A stretch of DNA of 64,000 nt, from the NCBI RefSeq assembly GCF_009914755.1, contig NC_060946.1, one strand, 5' to 3'. The notes beneath the pieces are model-generated. The model was not told the DNA's origin and made no database searches. It saw only the letters and a list, made by a program, of their open reading frames with translations. Made by a program: the position numbers and the translations under genes. Shown here piece by piece: positions 1 to 10,500 of the stretch; positions within the stretch are counted from its first letter, which is position 1; every line of letters begins with the position of its first letter. Source of the DNA: the human T2T-CHM13v2.0 reference genome, Homo sapiens.

Positions 1-1595
1 TGTAAGTATTGTCTAGGCTCTGCTTCAAGGGGCCTTGTCACATATCTCTGCACTGATCACCCAGGTGATGTAACTCTTGTCTAGGCTCTGCTTCCAGGGC
101 ATATTGTGACATATCTATGCACTGATCACCTTAGTGATGTAACACTTTGGTAGGCTCGGCCTACAGGGGAATCTTGACATATCTCTGCACTGTTAACCGA
201 GGTGATTTAACTCTTCTCTAGGTTGTGCCCACAGGGGGATTGAGACATATCTCTGCACTGATCCCGAGGTGATACAACTCTTGCCTGGTCTCTGCCTACT
301 GTGGACATTGTGACATATCTCTGCACTGATCTCCCAGGTGCTGTAACTTTAGTCTAGGCTCTGGCTACACGGCATTGTGACATATCACTGCACTGATCAC
401 CCAGGCGATATAACTCTTCTCTAGGATCTGACCACAGGGTGCTTTGTGACATATCCCTGCAATGATCACCCAGGTGATATACCACTTGCCAAGGCTCTGC
501 CTAGAGGGGCATTGCAATGTATCTCTGCACTGATCACCTAGGTCTTGTAGATATTTTCTAGGATCTGCCTACAGGGTGTTTTGTGACGTGTCCCAGCAAG
601 GATTACCCAGGTGATGTACCTCTCATCAAGGCTCTGCCTACAGGCACATTGTGATGTATCTCTGCACTGATCACCTAGTTCATGTAAATTTTGTCTAGGC
701 TCTACCTACGATGGCATTGTGACATATCTCTGCACTAATCATCCAAGTGATGTAACTCTGGTCTAGGATGTGCCTAAATTAACTTTTTGACATAACCCTG
801 TACTGATCATCCAGGTGATGGAGCTTTTGTCTAGGCTCTGCCTAAGGGGGCATTGTGACATATTTCTGCATTGATCACCCAGGTGGCGAACTCTTCTCTC
901 GGATCTGCCTATGGGGGCATTGTGAGAAATCTCTGCACTGATCACCCAGGTGATGTAACTGTTGTGTAACCTCTGCCTACAGGGGAATTGTGAGAGATCT
1001 CGCCACTGATTACCCAAGTGATGTAACCGTTGTCTAGGCTTTGCGTACAGGGGGCTTTGTGACATACCTTTGCACTGATCACCCAGGTGATGTAACACAT
1101 CTAAGTTCGGCCTAAAGGAGCTTTGTGACATATCTCTGCACTGATCGCTTAGGTGAAGTAACACTTTTATAATAATTGCCTACAGGGAATTTTGACAAAT
1201 CTCTGCACTGATCACCTAGGTGATGTAACTCTTGTCTACCCTCTGTCCAACGGGGCATTGTGAAATATCTCTGCACTGATCACCCAGGTGATTCAACTCT
1301 TGACTAGGAACTGCCTACAGAGGTAATTGTGAAATATCTCTGCACTGATAAACTAGGTGGTGTAACCCTTGTCAAAGCTCTGCCTACAGGGGCGTTTCCA
1401 CATATCCCTGAACTGATGACAGAGGTGATGTAACTCTTGCCTAGGCTTTGCCTACAGGGAACATTGGACCTATATCTGCACTGATCACCCAGGTGATGCA
1501 ACTCTTGCCTAGGCTTTGCCTACAGGGGACATTGTGACATATCTCTTCAATGATCACTCATGTGATGCATCTCTTCCCTAGGCTTTGCCTACAGG

Positions 1596-1692
1596 GGACA
1601 TTGTGACATATCTCTGCACTGATCTCCCAGGTGCTGTAACTTTAGTCTAGGCTCTGGCTACACGGCATTGTGACATATCACTGCACTGATCA
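1596..1692. repeat. Intra-HOR direct repeat copy 1 (~97 bp, about 1.4 monomers)
   Basis: GGACATTGTGACATATCTCTGCACTGATCTCCCAGGTGCTGTAACTTTAGTCTAGGCTCTGGCTACACGGCATTGTGACATATCACTGCACTGATCA recurs 613 bp later in canonical units. Confidence 0.9.
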
Positions 1693-2208
1693 ACCAGGTG
1701 ATAAAACTCTTGTATAGGCTCTGCCTACAGGGGGATTGTGACCTACCTCTGCACTGAGCACCCAGGTGATATAACTCTTCTCTAGGATCTTCCTACAGGG
1801 TACTTTGTGACATATCCCTGCACTGATCACCCAGGTGATCCATCTCTGGTCTAAGCTCTGCCTAAAGGGGCATTGTGACAGATCTCTGCACTGATCACTC
1901 AGGTGATGTAAGTATTGTCTAGGCTCTGCTTCAAGGGGCCTTGTCACATATCTCTGCACTGATCACCCAGGTGATGTAACTCTTGTCTAGGCTCTGCTTC
2001 CAGGGCATATTGTGACATATCTATGCACTGATCACCTTAGTGATGTAACATTTTGGTAGGCTCGGCCTACAGGGGAATCTTGACATATCTCTGCACTGTT
2101 AACCGAGGTGATTTAACTCTTCTCTAGGTTGTGCCCACAGGGGGATTGAGACATATCTCTGCACTGATCGCGAGGTGATACAACTCTTGCCTGGTCTCTG
2201 CCTACTGT

Positions 2209-2305
2209 GGACATTGTGACATATCTCTGCACTGATCTCCCAGGTGCTGCAACTTTAGTCTAGGCTCTGGCTACACGGCATTGTGACATATCACTGCACT
2301 GATCA
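2209..2305. repeat. Intra-HOR direct repeat copy 2 (~97 bp)
   Basis: Matches 1596-1692 apart from T>C at 2250; the homologous copy at 303-399 matches exactly. Confidence 0.9.
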
Positions 2306-5300
2306 CCCAGGCGATATAACTCTTCCCTAGGATCTGACCACAGGGTGCTTTGTGACATATCCCTGCAATGATCACCCAGGTGATATACCACTTGCCAAGG
2401 CTCTGCCTACAGGGGCATTGCAATGTATCTCTGCACTGATCACCTAGGTCTTGTAGCTATTTTCTAGGATCTGCCTACAGGGTGCTTTGTGACGTGTCCC
2501 AGCAAGGATTACCCAGGTGATGTACCTCTCATTAAGGCTCTGCCTACAGGCACATTGTGATGTGTCTCTGCACTGATCACCTAGGTCATGTAAATTTTGT
2601 CTAGGCTCTACCTACGATGGCATTGTGACATATCTCTGCACTAATCATCCAAGTGATGTAACTCTTTTCTAGGATGTGCCTAAATTAACTTTTTGACATA
2701 ACCCTGTACTGATCATCCAGGTGATGGAGCTTTTGTCTAGGCTCTGCCTAAGGGGGCATTGTGACATATTTCTGCATTGATCCCCCAGGTGACGAACTCT
2801 TCTCTCGGATCTGCCTATGGGGGCATTGTGAGAAATCTCTGCACTGATCACCCAGGTGATGTAACTGTTGTGTAACCTCTGCCTACAGGGGAATTGTGAG
2901 AGATCTCGCCACTGATTACCCAAGTGATGTAACCGTTGTCTAGGCTTTGCGTACAGGGGGCTTTGTGACATACCTTTGCACTGATCACCCAGGTGATGTA
3001 ACACATCGAAGTTCGGCCTAAAGGAGCTTTGTGACATATCTCTGCACTGATCGCTTAGGTGATGTAACACTTTTATAATCACTGCCTACAGGGAATTTTG
3101 ACAAATCTCTGCACTGATCACCTAGGTGATGTAACTCTTCTCTACCCTCTGTCCAACGGGGCATTGTGAAATATCTCTGCACTGATCACCCAGGTGATTC
3201 AACTCTTGACTAGGAACTGCCTACAGAGGTTATTGTGAAATATCTCTGCACTGATTAACTAGGTGGTGTAACCCTTGTCCAAGCTCTGCCTACAGGGGCG
3301 TTTCCACATATCCCTGAACTGATGACAGAGGTGATGTAACTCTTGCCTAGGCTTTGCCTACAGGGAACATTGGACATATATCTGCACTGATCACCCAGTT
3401 GATGCAACTCTTGCCTAGGCTTTGCCTACAGGGGACATTGTGACATATCTCTTCAATGATCACTCATGTGATGCATCTCTTGCCTAGGCTTTGCCTACAG
3501 GGGACATTGTGACATATCTCTGCACTGATCTCCCAGGTGCTGTAACTTTAGTCTAGGCTCTGGCTACACGGCATTGTGACATATCACTGCACTGATCAAC
3601 CAGGTGATAAAACTCTTGTATAGGCTCTGCCTACAGGGGGATTGTGACCTACCTCTGCACTGATCACACAGGTGATATAACTCTTCTCTAGGATCTTCCT
3701 TCAGGATACTTTGTGACATATCCCTGCACTGATCACCCAGGTGATCTATCTCTGGTCTAAGCTCTGCCTAAAGGGGCATTGTGACAGATCTCTGCACTGA
3801 TCACTCAGGTGATGTAAGTATTGTCTAGGCTCTGCTTCAAGGGGCCTTGTCACATATCTCTTCACTGATCACCCAGGTGATGTAACTCTTGTCTAGGCTC
3901 TGCTTCCAGGGCATATTGTGACATATCTATGCACTGATCACCTTAGTGATGTAACACTTTGGTAGGCTCGGCCTACAGGGGAATCTTGACATATCTCTGC
4001 ACTGTTAACCGAGGTGATTTAACTCTTGTCTAGGTTGTGCCCACAGGGGGATTGAGACATATCTCTGCACTGATCCCGAGGTGATACAACTCTTGCCTGG
4101 TCTCTGCCTACTGTGGACATTGTGACATATCTCTGCACTGATCTCCCAGGTGCTGTAACTTTAGTCTAGGCTCTGGCTACACAGCATTGTGACATATCAC
4201 TGCACTGATCACCCAGGCGATATAACTCTTCTCTAGGATCTGACCACAGGGTCCTTTGTGACATATCCCTGCAATGATCACCCAGGTGATATACCACTTG
4301 CCAAGGCTCTGCCTACAGGGGCATTGCAATGTATCTCTGCACTGATCACCTAGGTCTTGTAGAAATTTCTAGGTTCTGCCTACAGGGTGCTTTGTGACGT
4401 GTCCCAGCAAGGATTACCCAGGTGATGTACCTCTCATCAAGGCTCTGCCTACAGGCACATTGTGATGTATCTCTGCGCTGATCACCTAGGTGATGTAAAT
4501 TTTGTCTAGGCTCTACCTACGATGGCATTGTGACATATCTCTGCACTAATCATCCAAGTGATGTAACTCTTGTCTAGGATGTGCCTAAATTAACTTTTTG
4601 ACATAACCCTGTACTGATCATCCAGGTGATGGAGCTTTTGTCTAGGCTATGCCTAAGGGGGCATTGTGACATATTTCTGCATTGATCCCCAAGGTGGCGA
4701 ACTCTTCTCTCGGATCTGCCTATGGGGGCATTGTGAGAAATCTCTGCACTGATCACCCAGGTGATGTAACTGTTGTGTAACCTCTGCCTACAGGGGAATT
4801 GTGAGAGATCTCGCCACTGATTACCCAAGTGATGTAACCGTTGTCTAGGCTTTGCGTACAGGGGGCTTTGTGACATACCTTTGCACTGATCACCCAGGTG
4901 ATGTAACACATCGAAGTTCGGCCTAAAGGAGCTTTGTGACATATCTCTGCACTGATCGCTTAGGTGATGTAACACTTTTATAATCACTGCCTACACGGAA
5001 TTTTGACAAATCTCTGCACTGATCACCTAGGTGATGTAACTCTTGTCTACCCTCTGTCCAACGGGGCATTGTGAAATATCTCTGCACTGATCACCCAGGT
5101 GATTCAACTCTTGACTAGGAACTGCCTACAGAGGTTATTGTGAAATATCTCTGCACTGATAAACTAGGTGGTGTAACCCTTGTCCAAGCTCTACCTACAG
5201 GGGCGTTTCCACATATCCCTGAACTGATGACAGTGGTGATGTAACTCTTGCCTAGGCTTTGCCTACAGGGAACATTGGACATATATCTGCACTGATCACC

Positions 5301-6479
5301 CAGATGATGCAACTCTTGCCTAGGCTTTGCCTACAGGGGACATTGTGACATATCTCTTCAATGATCACTCATGTGATGCATCTCTTGCCTAGGCTTTGCC
5401 TACAGGGGACATTGTGACATATCTCTGCACTGATCTCCCAGGTGCTGTAACTTTAGTCTAGGCTCTGGCTACACGGCATTGTGACATATCACTGCACTGA
5501 TCAACCAGGTGATATAACTCTTGTATTGGCTCTGCCTACAGGGGGATTGTGACCTACCTCTGCACTGATCACGCAGGTGATATAACTCTTCTCTAGGATC
5601 TTCCTACAGGGTTCTTTGTGACATATCCCTGCACTGATCACCCAGGTGATCTATCTCTGATCTAAGCTCTGCCTAAAGGGGCATTGTGACAGATCTCTGC
5701 ACTGATCACTCAGGTGATGTAAGTATTGTCTAGGCTCTGCTTCAAGGGGCCTTGTCACATATCTCTGCACTGATCACCCAGGTGATGTAACTCTTGTCTA
5801 GGCTCTGCTTCCAGGGCATATTGTGACATATCTATGCACTGATCACCTTAGTGATGTAACACTTTGGTAGGCTCGGCCTACAGGGGAATCTTGACATATC
5901 TCTGCACTGTTAACCGAGGTGATTTAACTCTTGTCTAGGCTGTGCCCACAGGGGGATTGAGACATATCTCTGCACTGATCCCGAGGTGATACAACTCTTG
6001 CCTGGTCTCTGCCTACAGTGGACATTGTGACACATCTCTGCACTGATCTCCCAGGTGCTGCAACTTTAGTCTAGGCTCTGGCTACACGGCATTGTGACAT
6101 ATCACTGCACTGATCACCCAGGCGATATAACTCTTCTCTAGGATCTGACCACAGGGTGCTTTGTGACATATCCCTGCAATGATCACCCAGGTGATATACC
6201 ACTTGCCAAGGCTCTGCCTACAGGGGCATTGCAGTGTATCTCTGCACTGATCACCTAGGTCTTGTAGCTATTTTCTAGGATCTGCCTACAGGGTGCTTTG
6301 TGACGTGTCCCAGCAAGGATTACCCAGGTGATGTACCTCTCATTAAGGCTCTGCCTACAGGCACATTGTGATGTGTCTCTGCACTGATCACCTAGGTCAT
6401 GGAAATTTTGTCTAGGCTCTACCTACGATGGCATTGTGACATATCTCTGCACTAATCATCCAAGTGATGTAACTCTGGT

Positions 6480-7500
6480 CTAGGATGTGCCTAAATTAAC
6501 TTTTTGACATAACCCTGTACTGATCATCCAGGTGATGGAGCTTTTGTGTAGGCTCTGCCTAAGGGGGCATTGTGACATATTTCTGCATTGATCCCCCAGG
6601 TGGTGAACTCTTCTCTCGGATCTGCCTATGGGGGCATTGTGAGAAATCTCTGCACTGATCACCCAGGTGATCTATCTCTGGTCTAAGCTCTGCCTAAAGG
6701 GGCATTGTGACAGATCTCTGCACTGATCACTCAGGTGATGTAAGTATTGTCTAGGCTCTGCTTCAAGGGGCCTTGTCACATATCTCTGCACTGATCACCC
6801 AGGTGATGTAACTCTTGTCTAGGCTCTGCTTCCAGGGCATATTGTGACATATCTATGCACTGATCACCTTAGTGATGTAACACTTTGGTAGGCTCGGCCT
6901 AGAGGGGAATCTTGACATATCTCTGCACTGTTAACCGAGGTGATTTAACTCTTGTCTAGGTTGTGCCCACAGGGGGATTGAGACATATCTCTGCACTGAT
7001 CCCGAGGTGATACAACTCTTGCCTGGTCTCTGCCTACTGTGGACATTGTGACATATCTCTGCACTGATCTCCCAGATGCTGTAACTTTAGTCTAGGCTCT
7101 GGCTACACGGCATTGTGACATATCACTGCACTGATCACCCAGGCGATATAACTCTTCTCTAGGATCTGACCACAGGGTGCTTTGTGACATATCCCTGCAA
7201 TGATCACCCAGGTGATATACCACTTACCAAGGCTCTGCCTACAGGGGCATTGCAATGTATCCCTGCACTGATCACCTAGGTCTTGTAGATATTTTCTAGG
7301 ATCTGCCTACAGGGTGCTTTGTGACGTGTCCCAGCAAGGATTACCCAGGTGATGTACCTCTCATCAAGGCTCTGCCTACAGGCACATTGTGATGTATCTC
7401 TGCACTGATCACCTAGGTCAAGGAAATTTTGTCTAGGCTCTACCTACGATGGCATTGTGACATATCTCTGCACTAATCATCCAATTGATGTAACTCTTGT
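6480..7500. repeat. Truncated HOR, 15-mer (1021 bp; 13 monomers / 885 bp missing)
   Basis: Landmark spacing 6480 to 7501. The junction near 6650-6671 joins ...GAGAAATCTCTGCACTGATCACCCAGGTGAT directly to CTATCTCTGGTCTAAG. Confidence 0.93.
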
Positions 7501-10500
7501 CTAGGATGTGCCTAAATTAACTTTTTGATATAACCCTGTACTGATCATCCAGGTGATGGAGGTTTTGTCTAGGCTCTGCCTAAGGGGACATTGTGACATA
7601 TTTCTGCATTGATCCCCCAGGTGGCGAACTCTTCTCTCGGATCTGCCTATGGGGGCATTGTGAGAAATCTCTGCACTGATCACCCAGGTGATGTAACTGT
7701 TGTGTAACCTCTGCCTACAGGGGAATTGTGAGAGATCTCGCCACTGATTACCCAAGTGATGTAACCGTTGTCTAGGCTTTGCGTACAGGGGGCTTTGTGA
7801 CATACCTTTGCACTGATCACCCAGGTGATGTAACACATCTAAGTTCGGCATAAAGGAGCTTTGTGACATATCTCTGCACTGATCGCTTAGGTGATGTAAC
7901 ACTTTTATAATCACTGCCTACAGGGAATTTTGACAAATCTCTGCACTGATCACCTAGGTGATGTAACTCTTGTCTACCCTCTGTCCAACGGGGCATTGTG
8001 AAATATCTCTGCACAGATCACCCAGGTGATTCAACTCTTGACTAGGAACTGCCTACAGAGGTTATTGTGAAATATCTCTGCACTGATAAACTAGGTGGTG
8101 TAACCCTTGTCCAATCTCTGCCTACAGTGGCGTTTCCACATATCCCTGAACTGATGACAGAGGTGATGTAACTCTTGCCTAGGCTTTGCCTACAGGGAAC
8201 ATTGGACCTATATCTGCACTGATCACCCAGGTGATGCAACTCTTGCCTAGGCTTTGCCTACAGGGGACATTGTGACATATCTCTTCAATGATCACTCATG
8301 TGATGCATCTCTTGCCTAGGCTTTGCCTACAGGGGACATTGTGACATATCTCTGCACTGATCTCCCAGGTGCGGTAACTTTAGTCTAGGCTCTGGCTACA
8401 CGGCATTGTGACATATCACTGCACTGATCAACCAGGTGATAAAACTCTTGTATAGGCTCTGCCTACAGGGGGATTGTGACCTACCTCTGCACTGATCACC
8501 CAGGTGATATAACTCTTCTCTAGGATCTTCCTACAGGGTACTTTGTGACATATCCCTGCACTGATCACCCAGGTGATCTATCTCTGGTCTAAGCTCTGCC
8601 TAAAGGGGCATTGTGACAGATCTCTGCACTGATCACTCAGGTGATGTAAGTATTGTCTAGGCTCTGCTTCAAGGGGCCTTGTCACATATCTCTGCACTGA
8701 TAACCCAGGTGATGTAACTCTTGTCTAGGCTCTGCTTCCAGGGCATATTGTGACATATCTATGCACTGATCACCTTAGTGATGTAACACTTTGGTAGGCT
8801 CGGCCTACAGGGGAATCTTGACATATCTCTGCACTGTTAACCGAGGTGATTTAACTCTTCTCTAGGTTGTGCCCACAGGGGGATTGAGACATATCTCTGC
8901 ACTGATCCCGAGGTGATACAACTCTTGCCTGGTCTCTGCCTACTGTGGACATTGTGACATATCTCTGCACTGATCTCCCAGGTGCTGTAACTTTAGTCTA
9001 GGCTCTGGCTACACGGCATTGTGACATATCACTGCACTGATCACCCAGGCGATATAACTCTTCTCTAGGATCTGACCACAGGGTGCTTTGTGACATATCC
9101 CTGCAATGATCACCCAGGTGATATACCACTTGCCAAGGCTCTGCCTACAGGGGCATTGCAATGTATCTCTGCACTGATCACCTAGGTCTTGTAGATATTT
9201 TCTAGGATCTGCCTACAGGGTGCTTTGTGACGTGTCCCAGCAAGGATTACCCAGGTGATGTACCTCTCATCAAGGCTCTGCCTACAGGCGCATTGTGATG
9301 TATCTCTGCACTGATCACCTAGGTCATGGAAATTTTGTCTAGGCTCTACCTACGATGGCATTGTGACATATCTCTGCACTAATCATCCAAGTGATGTAAC
9401 TCTGGTCTAGGAGGTGCCTAAATTAACTTTTTGACATAACCCTGTACTGATCATCCAGGTGATGGAGGTTTTGTCTAGGCTCTGCCTAAGGGGACATTGT
9501 GACATATTTCTGCATTGATCCCCCAGGTGGCGAACTCTTCTCTCGGATCTGCCTATGGGGGCATTGTGAGAAATCTCTGCACTGATCACCCAGGTGATGT
9601 AACTGTTGTGTAACCTCTGCCTACAGGGGAATTGTGAGAGATCTCGCCACTGATTACCCAAGTGATGTAACCGTTGTCTAGGCTTTGCGTACAGGGGGCT
9701 TTGTGACATACCTTTGCACTGATCACCCAGGTGATGTAACACATCTAAGTTCGGCCTAAAGGAGCTTTGTGACATATCTCTGCACTGATCGCTTAGGTGA
9801 TGTAACACTTTTATAATCATTACCTACAGGGAATTTTGACAAATCTCTGCACTGATCACCTAGGTGATGTAACTCTTGTCTACCCTCTGTCCAACGGGGC
9901 ATTGTGAAATATCTCTGCACTGATCACCCAGGTGATTCAACTCTTGACTAGGAACTGCCTACAGAGGTAATTGTGAAATATCTCTGCACTGATAAACTAA
10001 TTGGTGTAACCCTTGTCAAAGCTCTGCCTACAGGGGCGTTTCCACATATCCCTGAACTGATGACAGAGGTGATGTAACTCTTGCCTAGGCTTTGCCTACA
10101 GGGCACATTGGACCTATATCTGCACTGATCACCCAGGTGATGCAACTCTTGCCTAGGCTTTGCCTACAGGGGACATTGTGACATATCTCTTCAATGATCA
10201 CTCATGTGATGCATCTCTTGCCTAGGCTTTGCCTACAGGGGACATTGTGACATATCTCTGCACTGATCTCCCAGGTGCTGTAACTTTAGTCTAGGCTCTG
10301 GCTACACGGCATTGTGACATATCACTGCACTGATCAACCAGGTGATAAAACTCTTGCATAGGCTCTGCCTACAGGGGGATTGTGACCTACCTCTGCACTG
10401 ATCACCCAGGTGATATAACTCTTCTCTAGGATCTTCCTACAGGGTACTTTGTGACATATCCCTGCACTGATCACCCAGGTGATCTATCTCTGGTCTAAGC

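Larger units (their letters stand above)
940..2845. repeat. Reference copy of the canonical 28-monomer HOR (1906 bp)
   Basis: Monomer starts counted at 940, 1008, 1077, 1143, 1210, 1278, 1347, 1415, 1483, 1552, 1621, 1688, 1756, 1825, 1893, 1961, 2030, 2098, 2166, 2234, 2301, 2370, 2438, 2507, 2575, 2643, 2711 and 2779; the pattern restarts at 2846. Monomers within a unit are visibly divergent, while the same monomer in neighbouring units is nearly identical. Confidence 0.95.
763..6479. repeat. Three canonical HOR units (1906, 1905, 1906 bp)
   Basis: Landmark CTAGGATGTGCCTAAATT at 763, 2669, 4574 and 6480. Confidence 0.93.

Noticed and set aside
730-790. Possible DUX4 or homeobox site around CTAATCA and TAAATTAAC
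   Set aside because: It does not match the full TAAYYYAATCA motif; only short TAAT cores expected by chance are present.
3068-3082. TATA-like or -10-like TTTTATAAT once per HOR, with TTGACA nearby
   Set aside because: These are chance AT-rich monomer variants. TTGACA lies downstream, in the wrong order for a bacterial promoter, the DNA is eukaryotic satellite, and there is no transcription evidence.
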